From Deltaproteobacteria bacterium (GTDB lineage Bacteria > Desulfobacterota > Desulfarculia > Adiutricales > JAFDHD01): a stretch of DNA of 64,000 bases. Below, one piece after another: positions 46,038-54,590 of this stretch. Made by a program: the position numbers and the translations under genes. The stretch is from NCBI GenBank assembly GCA_019308995.1, contig JAFDHD010000006.1, positions 5,221-69,220 of the forward strand, given 5' to 3'. Under the pieces are notes generated by a model. It searched no databases. It was not told the origin of the DNA and saw only the letters and a program-made list of their open reading frames with translations. Position 1 is the stretch's first letter. Each line of letters opens with the position of its first letter.

Positions 46038-46058
46038 TGGGGCATTCCAAAAAAATCG

Positions 46059-46925
46059 CTATGGAAAAATTGTGGATATGACTTCTGAAATGGCTTTCTG
46101 GACTTCCCTTTCATCAGTCAGTGAAGCGGCAATGGCGATCTCGCAAGCCCTCCTGGCCGTTATGCCTTCCTTGATCAGCCTCCCGGCATAAATCAGCAGA
46201 CGGGTACTGACCCCTTCGTTCAAGGCATGTCCCTTCAGGTTTCTTATTTTTTCTCCTGCCTTGGCTAGTTCGTAAGCAATCTCACTGTTGACTGAACTTT
46301 CATGCTGAATGATCTGGGCCTCCTGTGTTCGGGAGGGGTAATAGAAATCAATCGCCATAAAACGCTGCCGGGTGCTTTGCTTTAAATCCTTGATCACACT
46401 CTGATATCCTGGATTGTAGGAGATCACGAGCAGGAAGTTATCATGGGCCCTGACAACTCTTCCGGTTTTGTCTATTGTGAGAAATCTTCGATGATCTGAG
46501 AGGGGATGGATGATGACGGTGGTGTCCTTTCTTGCCTCGACAATTTCATCGAGATAACAAATGGCTCCGATCTTGACTGCTTTGGTTAGTGGTCCATCTA
46601 CCCAGATGGTTTCATCTCCTTTTAAAAGGAACTTCCCAACCAGATCAGTCGCTGTTAAATCCTCGTGGCAGGCCACTGTTATAAGTGGAATGGATTGCCC
46701 GTTGCCTTCTTCCGAGACGCCAAGCTCATGGCCAAAAGTGTAGGCCATGTATTCAATAAACCGTGTCTTTCCCGTTCCGGTCGGGCCTTTAAGGAGCACG
46801 GGGATCTTTGAACGAAAGGCCGCCTCAAATAGCTTAACCTCATCCCCAATTGGGAGGTAATAGGGCTTCTCCGTAATTCTATACTCCTCGACCTTGAATT
46901 CTCGAACTTTTTTAGATAAATTCAT
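46059..46925 (-). CDS. CbbQ/NorQ/NirQ-family MoxR-type AAA+ ATPase
   Basis: Start set at ATG 46925 ([11 protein letters not shown]...); the track start at 47147 overlaps yggS. Walker [12 protein letters not shown], Walker [11 protein letters not shown], and a CbbQ_C-like tail. Confidence 0.88.
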   Translation of the reverse strand: MNLSKKVREFKVEEYRITEKPYYLPIGDEVKLFEAAFRSKIPVLLKGPTGTGKTRFIEYMAYTFGHELGVSEEGNGQSIPLITVACHEDLTATDLVGKFLLKGDETIWVDGPLTKAVKIGAICYLDEIVEARKDTTVIIHPLSDHRRFLTIDKTGRVVRAHDNFLLVISYNPGYQSVIKDLKQSTRQRFMAIDFYYPSRTQEAQIIQHESSVNSEIAYELAKAGEKIRNLKGHALNEGVSTRLLIYAGRLIKEGITARRACEIAIAASLTDEREVQKAISEVISTIFP

Positions 46926-46949
46926 TTTTAATTCCTTTTTCAGGTTGGA

Positions 46950-46978
46950 ATAATAAGGAAAAGGCGTCTTTAGGTCAA
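46950..46978 (-). promoter_or_regulatory. candidate sigma-70 promoter for the AAA+/VWA pair
   Basis: The minus strand reads TTGACC, a 17-nt spacer, then TATTAT. It ends about 25 nt upstream of ATG 46925, leaving a short leader. Confidence 0.4.
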
Positions 46979-47076
46979 GGATGGAAAAAGATGGCGGGGA
47001 CAATCGAATAAATTCCCTGCTTAAAAAAGGTTCTTCATATCCTCCTTTAAGTCCCTGACAGGAATGTTTCAACAGA

Positions 47077-47754
47077 TTATGATCGAGGTCCGAAGATGGC
47101 CGTGCCAACGCGAACGATGGTCGCGCCTTCCTCGACAGCGACCTCAAAGTCGCCGGACATCCCCATGGACAGCTCGGTCAGCGAGGGGCTGATACTTTCC
47201 TTGAGCTTCCTCAATGCCGTAAAGTAGGGCCTGGCCTTGTCCGGCTGGTCGAAGAAAGGAGGCATGGTCATAAGGCCCCGCACCTCAAGATTCGGTAGCT
47301 CGTCCAGCTCGGCTACAAGGTCGGCGGTGTGGGCCTTGTCCACTCCAGACTTGGATTCCTCCTCAGAGATATTGACCTGGACGAGAATGGGTATGCGGCG
47401 GTCTATATTTTTTGCCCGTTTGTTCAGCTCATTGGCAAGTTTTATACTGTCCACGGTTTGGATCATGTTAAAGAGCTTGACCGCATACTTGGCCTTGTTG
47501 GTCTGGAGATGGCCGATAAAATGCCAGGTGGCAGAAGGGCCAATCTCCTCAATCTTTATGCGGGCTTCCTGTATGTAGTTCTCCCCAAAGACTTTCAGCC
47601 CGGCATCAAGTCCAGCCCGGACAGTGTCGCTGGACAAGGTTTTCGTCACAGCAACCAGTTGAACCTCTGCCGGCTCCCGGCCGACCCGAAGGCAGGCCTC
47701 CTGGATTCGGTCAATCACCATTGCGAGGCGTTCCTTGATTGAGGATGAGGTCAT
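47077..47754 (-). CDS. yggS: YggS-family pyridoxal-phosphate homeostasis protein
   Basis: VQLVAVTKT (PLP lysine), [29 protein letters not shown]. Confidence 0.93.
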   Translation of the reverse strand: MTSSSIKERLAMVIDRIQEACLRVGREPAEVQLVAVTKTLSSDTVRAGLDAGLKVFGENYIQEARIKIEEIGPSATWHFIGHLQTNKAKYAVKLFNMIQTVDSIKLANELNKRAKNIDRRIPILVQVNISEEESKSGVDKAHTADLVAELDELPNLEVRGLMTMPPFFDQPDKARPYFTALRKLKESISPSLTELSMGMSGDFEVAVEEGATIVRVGTAIFGPRS

Positions 47755-47765
47755 ATATCGTTCCT

Positions 47766-49010
47766 TTATGATTGGAAATAGATGGACAGGTCCAACCCCA
47801 GAGGTTTGGGATCAAGCACCTCGACCACCTCCCGGTCCAGATATTTCTTATCACTGAGATCAATGGTCTTTGGCCCGGTATGGGGGAGACCTCTTGAGTC
47901 AAAGATGATCTTGATTCTGGGCCGGAGTAAGGTGGCGCGGTTGACGTTTATGACCACAGCGATCTCACCACTGTTAAGTTTGATCAGGGTCCCGGCCGGG
48001 TAAATGCCAAGGCATTGGGTAAATCTTTCCACCCACAGAGAGTTAAACTGTATGTCTCTCAAGGCAAAGATAACCTTAAGAGCCTCATGCGGCAGTATGC
48101 TTGTGCGGTAAACCCGGTCACTGGTTAAAGCATCATAAACGTCTGACATACCAGTAATGGCAATGAAATCATCAATTTGATCCCCGGAAATACCATCCGG
48201 GTAACCTGACCCATCAATCCGTTCATGATGATGGCGGGCCACCAAGATGGCCTCCTCGGGGATTTTTTTTGTTTTCTCAAGCATATGAGCCCCAACCACC
48301 GTATGGGACTTCACGGCCCTGAATTCCTTCTCGGTTAATGTTGATCGCTTGTTCAGGATTTTCAGCGGCACCTTGGTTTTTCCGATGTCGTGAAGAATGG
48401 CCCCCAGGCCTAACCGACGAATTTTGCTGCGGGATAAATTTACGTGGCAGCTCATGCCGATGGCCAGCACGGCCACATTCAGGGAATGGGTCAGGGTGTA
48501 CTCGTCATATGTTTTCAGTTTAATCAGGGCCAGCGAGGCGTCCCGGTTCCTGAAGGCAGACTCGATAATATCCTCAACGTTATCCTGAACCTTGGGCACA
48601 TTGATTTCCCGTCCGGCCCGGGCGTCAGCCAAGAACTCCCGTGTCGTCTCAAGGGCAGTGAGATATGTCTCGCGAGCGCGGGGGAGTTCTTCTTCAAAAG
48701 TAACAACGTCAGGAAGGGCTTCCGGCTCCTTCTGGATTTGGTTTTCGACCTGTTTACTTTTCTGGGATTTTTTCAGACTCTCTTTGGTTCGATCGTCTTC
48801 CTTCGGGCGGGAGGCGCTGCGGGTCAGGTCTATGGTAACCTCTTTGATGCCGTATTCTATGAGCTGCTGGATATCCTCGATCGAGGCGACCAGTTTACTT
48901 TTTCTGGTCCAGGGGTGGTCAAACCATTTTCGTCCCACATCATGAACATACATGCCCACTGTCAGGTCTTTCGTTTGAATTTTCTTCAGCTTTTTATTAG
49001 GCTTGTCCAC
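47766..49010 (-). CDS. HD-GYP domain c-di-GMP phosphodiesterase, paralog A
   Basis: N-terminal DUF3391-like region (LTVGMYVHDVGRKWFDHPW), ILHDIGK and HHHERIDGSGYP motifs. Confidence 0.88.
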   Translation of the reverse strand: MDKPNKKLKKIQTKDLTVGMYVHDVGRKWFDHPWTRKSKLVASIEDIQQLIEYGIKEVTIDLTRSASRPKEDDRTKESLKKSQKSKQVENQIQKEPEALPDVVTFEEELPRARETYLTALETTREFLADARAGREINVPKVQDNVEDIIESAFRNRDASLALIKLKTYDEYTLTHSLNVAVLAIGMSCHVNLSRSKIRRLGLGAILHDIGKTKVPLKILNKRSTLTEKEFRAVKSHTVVGAHMLEKTKKIPEEAILVARHHHERIDGSGYPDGISGDQIDDFIAITGMSDVYDALTSDRVYRTSILPHEALKVIFALRDIQFNSLWVERFTQCLGIYPAGTLIKLNSGEIAVVINVNRATLLRPRIKIIFDSRGLPHTGPKTIDLSDKKYLDREVVEVLDPKPLGLDLSIYFQS

Positions 49011-49146
49011 TTCTTCCCTGAAGCAGAATTTGGATATCTAGGATATGTCCCCTAGGACAAGAGCCTGCCTGGAGGCGCGCTTTCTGTATTCAATCAGCCC
49101 CGGCCAAGACATGTATATTTGTGTCGGCTGAACTCATGAACAGTTC

Positions 49147-50379
49147 TCACAGATACCTGGTAAGGTCCAGGCCCAGGCTTTTAGGGTCTAGAACGTCAAC
49201 AACCTCCTGATTCAGGTGCTTTTTATCATTAAGATCAATGATCTTGTGCCCGGGTATGGGGAAGCTTTTTGAATCAAAGAGAAGCTTGACTCTTGGTCTG
49301 AGCAGGCTGGTGCGGTTGACACCTAAGACCACGGCCACTTCACCGGTATTGAGTCTGATTAAGGTGCCAGCCGGGTAAATGCCTAGACACTGGATAAACC
49401 TTTCAATCCAGAGCTGGTCGAACTGTATGTCCCTTAAGGCGAAGATGGACTTGAGGGCCTCATGCGGGAGTATACTGCTGTGGTAAATCCGGTCACTGGA
49501 CAGAGCGTCATATACGTCTGATATGCCGGAAATGATCATGAAAGGGTCAAGCTGATTTCCAGACAGCCCGTCCGGGTAGCCGGTGCCATCAATTCGCTCG
49601 TGGTGGTGTCTGGCTATAGTGATGGATTGGTTGGAGATATCTTGGGTTTTTTCAAGTATCTGGGCTCCGATTACCGGATGAAATTTGATGGTCTTGAACT
49701 CTTCCTCAGTCAACTGACTTTTCTTGTTGATGATTTTCGAGGGTATCTTGGTTTTTCCCAAATCGTGAAAGATGGCTCCTATCCCTAACTGGCGGATCTT
49801 ACCCCGGGGGTAGTTTATATGACAGCCCATGCTGATGGCCAGGACGCCCACATTCAGTGAATGTGTCAGGGTGTATTCATCATAAGTTTTCAGTTTGATC
49901 AGGGCCAGGGAGGCGTCTCGGTTCCTGAAGGCACTCTCGATCATTTCTTCAACATTGTCCCGCACCCTGGCCACATTGATCTTGCGTCCCGCACGCGTAT
50001 CAGCCAGGAATTCTCTTGTGGTTTCCAGAGCGTCTAAATAAGTCTTCCGGGCTCGAGGCAGCTCCACTTCCAAGGGCACGGATTCCGGCTGGTCTTTTGC
50101 CTCATCTCCAATTCGATCCTGGAGTTCATTGATTTCTTGATCTTGTTTTGCGCTTTCTTCGTCTTCAGGAGCTTTCTTTTTTGCTGGGACCTCGCGGGCC
50201 AGGTCAATGGTGACTTCCTTGATACCGAACTCCTTAAGCTGCTCGATGTCACTAATCGAATTGATGAGTTTGCTCTTGTGCGGCCAGGGGTGGTGGAACC
50301 ATTTGCGCCTCACATCGTGAACAAACATGCCGACCCTAAGGTCTTTGGTTTGAATTTTTTTCAATCTTCTGGCTGGCAT
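49147..50379 (-). CDS. HD-GYP domain c-di-GMP phosphodiesterase, paralog B
   Basis: Collinear with paralog A (LRVGMFVHDVRRKWFHHPW, IFHDLGK, HHHERIDGTGYP). Its start is 2 nt after the PilZ gene stop. Confidence 0.88.
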   Translation of the reverse strand: MPARRLKKIQTKDLRVGMFVHDVRRKWFHHPWPHKSKLINSISDIEQLKEFGIKEVTIDLAREVPAKKKAPEDEESAKQDQEINELQDRIGDEAKDQPESVPLEVELPRARKTYLDALETTREFLADTRAGRKINVARVRDNVEEMIESAFRNRDASLALIKLKTYDEYTLTHSLNVGVLAISMGCHINYPRGKIRQLGIGAIFHDLGKTKIPSKIINKKSQLTEEEFKTIKFHPVIGAQILEKTQDISNQSITIARHHHERIDGTGYPDGLSGNQLDPFMIISGISDVYDALSSDRIYHSSILPHEALKSIFALRDIQFDQLWIERFIQCLGIYPAGTLIRLNTGEVAVVLGVNRTSLLRPRVKLLFDSKSFPIPGHKIIDLNDKKHLNQEVVDVLDPKSLGLDLTRYL

Positions 50380-50381
50380 GC

Positions 50382-51026
50382 TTAAGCCCTGACGCGCAGC
50401 AGTTTCAGATTTTCCAGATACGCATTAACCCTTGCATGGACTGGCTGAAGACTGTCCGAAAAACTCAGACCCATGTGGTATATGTCCTCGATTTTTTGAC
50501 AATTTTTCACTTCACTTTCAAGATCAACGGCCAGCCCGTGCTCAGGGAAAGGGATGACAAGGTATAAAATGGTCTCTACGGAGAAGGACTTGGGTGAACT
50601 AAGCAGGCATCCGCTGCTGGAAAGGTTGAGTATCTCGCCTTTGACCCGCTCATTCTTGTCGTCTGACTCCTTATCCGTGGAAAAGGCTAGATTGAGCCTG
50701 ACAGGGTAGCGCTCTTCCCTTCTAATGTTTGAAGATTCTATTGACTCAGGATATTTCAGAAAAACCAAAGGAAACGGGCGCCTGGCAAAACCTAAAACCT
50801 CGGACATAAACCCGCACGCTCTCCCGGCTTCTATAAACCGAACCATACAAACAATGCCTTCATCTAGCTGAACCGGCAGACTGTTGTGTATAGGGTGGTC
50901 TATGATAACGTATTGGTTTTGTTTAAATCCTCTAAAAAGTGAGTTGAACTTGTTATTGAAAATAGAGGGGAATTCAACGATAAGTCTCAGACCCGGAGAA
51001 AAAGTAGGTTGTCCTTCCACTTCCAA
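50382..51026 (-). CDS. PilZ-domain c-di-GMP receptor (YcgR-like two-domain layout)
   Basis: RREERYP (RxxxR) and NLSSSG (D/NxSxxG) PilZ motifs in the C-terminal half. TTG start. Confidence 0.8.
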   Translation of the reverse strand: MEVEGQPTFSPGLRLIVEFPSIFNNKFNSLFRGFKQNQYVIIDHPIHNSLPVQLDEGIVCMVRFIEAGRACGFMSEVLGFARRPFPLVFLKYPESIESSNIRREERYPVRLNLAFSTDKESDDKNERVKGEILNLSSSGCLLSSPKSFSVETILYLVIPFPEHGLAVDLESEVKNCQKIEDIYHMGLSFSDSLQPVHARVNAYLENLKLLRVRA

Positions 51027-51284
51027 TCTCTACCTTTCATTATGGGTTGCTACCGGCCATTTTAAAGACAAACTGTTTCTATTGGAACCAGGTTACAGAA
51101 AAAGATATCAGAAGTTCTTCTATGTTCAAGTTTTTCCTTTCCTTTATTTTATTTTATCACATCAGCTCTCCAGGGGATAGTTAAAAAATATTATCCGCGA
51201 AGTGAGGCGCTCACCACTGCCAAGAAAAATCTCCTTATCTGTCAACGCTTTTCGTGGCCAGGACAGATTTAACGCAGCCTCAAT

Positions 51285-51863
51285 CTAGGGCGCCAGATCA
51301 AATCGTCTCAGTAGTTCGATTACCTCAGCCAGAGGCAATCCAACCACGTTGGTGTAAGAGCCGTTGATTGTACTGACCAGGGCGGCCCCCCGGCCCTGGA
51401 TGGCATAAGCCCCGGCCTTGCCGATCGGTTCCTTGGAATCGAGATAGTTCTCGATGTCTGAAGACGTGAGCCGCCTGAATTCAACCTCAGTCCGGACGCA
51501 GTTGCACTGGCATTCATTCAGCTTCCTGTTTAATAAACAGTAACCTGTTAATACTTCATGGCGTCGGCCGGAAAGTCCTTGCAGCATCTTGGCCGCTTCG
51601 GCCCTGTTCCTTGGTTTACCCATAATCTTACTATCCAGAACGACGATGGTGTCAGCACCCAGAATCCAGGAAACGGGATTATGATCCGCGCACCATTCTG
51701 CTTTGGCTCGAGCCAGGCGGAGCACATAAGCTGATGGGGTCTCGCCGGGCTTGACTGTTTCGTCCACCTCACTCGGCTGAATCTCGAAATCAATCCCGGC
51801 CAGCGTCAGGAGTTCTCTTCTCCGGGGCGAATTCGAGGCTAGGATTAAACAGAGACCGCTCAT
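51285..51863 (-). CDS. maf: Maf-family nucleoside triphosphate pyrophosphatase
   Basis: LILASNSPRRRELL, GADTIVV, GKAGAYAIQG motifs. Confidence 0.92.
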   Translation of the reverse strand: MSGLCLILASNSPRRRELLTLAGIDFEIQPSEVDETVKPGETPSAYVLRLARAKAEWCADHNPVSWILGADTIVVLDSKIMGKPRNRAEAAKMLQGLSGRRHEVLTGYCLLNRKLNECQCNCVRTEVEFRRLTSSDIENYLDSKEPIGKAGAYAIQGRGAALVSTINGSYTNVVGLPLAEVIELLRRFDLAP

Positions 51864-52651
51864 AAACCTGACCTTGGAGGTTCGGGGAGTTTAAAAAGGG
51901 ACCTGACAGCTGCCGTGGTGATTGCGGCCACTTCTTCAACAGACACCCCCTTGATGCGGGCTAGTTCGGCGGCAGTAAATCTGATCAGGGCCGGTTCATT
52001 GCGCTTTCCTCGTTTGGGCGCCGGGGCCAGAAAGGGGCAGTCCGTTTCCAGGAGGATAGATTCCAGGGGAACTTTAGCCACAACCCGGCGCAGGGTTTCT
52101 GCCTTGGGAAAGGTGATCGTGCCCGGGATGGACAGGTGAAACCCCAAATCAAGAAAACGGCGAGCCAGGTTGTAGTCGCCGGAAAAACAATGAATCACCC
52201 CCCTCTTCAGGCTGGACCGAACGGCTGAGAGGTGGCTATAGATTTTCTGATGGGCCTCCCGGTCATGAATGATCAGAGGCAGATCCAGCTCCAGGCCCAG
52301 ATGAATAAGATCGTCAAAGGCCTTTTCCTGGAGGTGGTGCGGTGAGAGGTTTCTGAAAAAATCCAGGCCGATTTCACCGAAGCCGACCACCTGCTCGGAC
52401 CGGCCCAGGTCTCGAAGCCGGTCAAGCCCGGCCGGTGTGAGGCTCTTGGCGTCATGGGGATGGAATCCGACCGTAGCTGAGATGAAGTCGTTTTTTGCAG
52501 CCAGGTCTATGGCGCGGGCTGAACTTTCCACATTGATGCCAATGGTTATGATGTGAACCAGCCCCGCTTCTTTGGCTCTTTTCAGAACATCCTTTCTGTC
52601 TGAGTCAAATTCTTTCAGGTCCAGATGTGCGTGACTGTCAATTAGGTTCAA
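51860..52651 (-). CDS. tatD: TatD-family metal-dependent hydrolase/DNase
   Basis: LIDSHAHLD, GEIGLDF, HDREAH, ETDCPFLAP motifs. 4-nt overlap with maf. Confidence 0.92.
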   Translation of the reverse strand: MNLIDSHAHLDLKEFDSDRKDVLKRAKEAGLVHIITIGINVESSARAIDLAAKNDFISATVGFHPHDAKSLTPAGLDRLRDLGRSEQVVGFGEIGLDFFRNLSPHHLQEKAFDDLIHLGLELDLPLIIHDREAHQKIYSHLSAVRSSLKRGVIHCFSGDYNLARRFLDLGFHLSIPGTITFPKAETLRRVVAKVPLESILLETDCPFLAPAPKRGKRNEPALIRFTAAELARIKGVSVEEVAAITTAAVRSLFKLPEPPRSGL

Positions 52652-52928
52652 TCTGCTTCAACTCCTGATTCCCTGAAGATTTTGGTGATTGTTCATTCTC
52701 AGAACCACAAAAGCCCCAGCAAGTTGATTTCGATTTTCATTTAAGGGCCTTGAAATGGGTGGGAGAATGAGGACAAATTAAAACGCTTTTATTTATTTTT
52801 CTTAAATTGCTGTAATTTCTGGTAATTGCTTCCAATTTGCAGGTGGAATTATAACCGTTCAGGCCAGTCACCGCAAGGCTTGATGCAAGCAATCCTTCTT
52901 ATTGGCGTGTTTTTCTTTTCAGGATTTA

Positions 52929-52957
52929 TTGCTAAACCAGAAATCATGTCCTATAAT
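52929..52957 (+). promoter_or_regulatory. sigma-70 promoter placed for a near-leaderless transcript
   Basis: TTGCTA (52929-52934), 17-nt spacer, consensus TATAAT (52952-52957). The ATG at 52969 is only 11 nt beyond the -10 box and has no SD. Confidence 0.4.
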
Positions 52958-52968
52958 CTTTATCTAGT

Positions 52969-54135
52969 ATGGGTTCAGAACTGATAGAGTTGCGTGATAA
53001 ATTGGATGAAGACGAGGCTCGAACGCTTTCACCCCGGGCCTGCCTGAGCCGTGAAGCGCTTCGACGACGCCCGGATAAAACTGCTGCTCAAGATCACCGC
53101 CAAAACTATGCCATTGATGTTGATCGTATCCTGCACTCCCTGGCTTTTACAAGGTACATTGATAAAACTCAGGTCTTCTATTTAATCAAAGACGACCATA
53201 TCTCCCACCGGGTTCTTCATGTACAGTTCGTTTCCCGTATCGCCCGAACCATAGGTCGGCACCTGGGCCTGAATCTGGACCTGATCGAGGCCATCGCGTT
53301 GGGGCACGATCTGGGCCATGCCCCTTTTGGCCATGACGGCGAGATATACCTCTCCCGGCTCTGCCAGAGGCATCACATAGGCCATTTCGTTCATGCGGCC
53401 CAAAGCGTTGAGTTCTTGGAAAAGATTGAGCGCAAAGGCCAGGGCTTGAACTTAAGCCTCCAGGTACTTGACGGCATCCTGGCTCATGACGGAGAGGTGG
53501 ACATTAGGTCTTTAGGCCCTGAGCCGAGTCTTTCCTTTGACGAGCTTGATCGCCACATGGAGGGGAAAATAAAGGATCCTTCGGTTGATTTTGCACCTAT
53601 GACTTTTGAGGGGTGTGTAGTACGGCTGGCCGACACTATCAGCTATATCGGGCGAGACATAGAGGACGCCATTCGACTGGAGTTGATTCGCCGGGCCGAC
53701 CTGCCTGCTGATTGCGTCCGCGTCCTCGGTGACACCAATGGGAAGATTGTCTATACACTGGTCACTGACTTGATTCAGACCAGCATCAGGGAAAATATTG
53801 TTGGCTTTAGCCCGGAGCGGGCGCAGGCCCTGGTCAAGCTCAAGGATTTCAACCGCGAGCGAATCTACTTTAATATAAACATTAAAACCGAAGCCGAAAA
53901 AATCGAAGCGCTTTTTAGGCTGATTTTTGAACGCCTTCAAAATGATCTCCAGTCCGGTCAGGAGAATAGCCCGATTTTTAAAGAATTTCTTCAAAATATG
54001 GCTCCAGGCTATTTTGAGGGCCGACCCTCGGCTGCAGTGGTCCGGGATTTTGTGGCCGGCATGACGGATGAATACTTTTTGGCCGAGGGGAGACGAATGC
54101 TTCTGCCTCAATACCGGGTCCGAGGGTCTGCTTGA
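52969..54135 (+). CDS. dGTPase-like HD-domain triphosphohydrolase
   Basis: HSLAFTRYIDKTQVF, HRVLHVQFVSRIAR, GHDLGHAPFGHDGE, ADTISYIGRDIEDA. Confidence 0.88.
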   Translation: MGSELIELRDKLDEDEARTLSPRACLSREALRRRPDKTAAQDHRQNYAIDVDRILHSLAFTRYIDKTQVFYLIKDDHISHRVLHVQFVSRIARTIGRHLGLNLDLIEAIALGHDLGHAPFGHDGEIYLSRLCQRHHIGHFVHAAQSVEFLEKIERKGQGLNLSLQVLDGILAHDGEVDIRSLGPEPSLSFDELDRHMEGKIKDPSVDFAPMTFEGCVVRLADTISYIGRDIEDAIRLELIRRADLPADCVRVLGDTNGKIVYTLVTDLIQTSIRENIVGFSPERAQALVKLKDFNRERIYFNINIKTEAEKIEALFRLIFERLQNDLQSGQENSPIFKEFLQNMAPGYFEGRPSAAVVRDFVAGMTDEYFLAEGRRMLLPQYRVRGSA

Positions 54136-54590
54136 AGTCAGCATACATCCATACAGGAAACGCGATTTAGACCGTTATCAAACTCGCGCTCCTCAATTCA
54201 ATTTTCCGCATTGTCTCATGAATTGATCTTCTTCATATTTACACCTCTCCCATATAAAAACATTTTCTATTTAAGCGCCAAATTCTGAGTGGCTGCCAGT
54301 CAAACTATAAGTTTATACTCTAGAAAGAATTAAAAATTGAATCATAGCGCCCGCGCTTACAGGAGCAGGCGATGGGGGTGGAGAGTAATTTGTTTTATTT
54401 CTTTATGTTATAACGATCGGCTCTTTGATCGCTGACAGGATCATAACTTTGACCCCATGCCTCGGCCTTTTCGAAAACGATGGGCGCAACTGGTGATAAT
54501 CGTCTTATGATCGAAATCGTTGCCCAAAGTATGCTGATAAACGAACGGCAGGCTGGGGAATCAGAACTTTATTGAAATTTGGAGGTATTC

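Noticed and set aside
54372-54413. 13-codon ORF MGVESNLFYFFML with an AGGAG SD in the 455-nt region upstream of the hybrid kinase.
   Set aside because: It is too short to evaluate, and I could identify no attenuator or terminator structure after it. It was noted only as a possible leader peptide.
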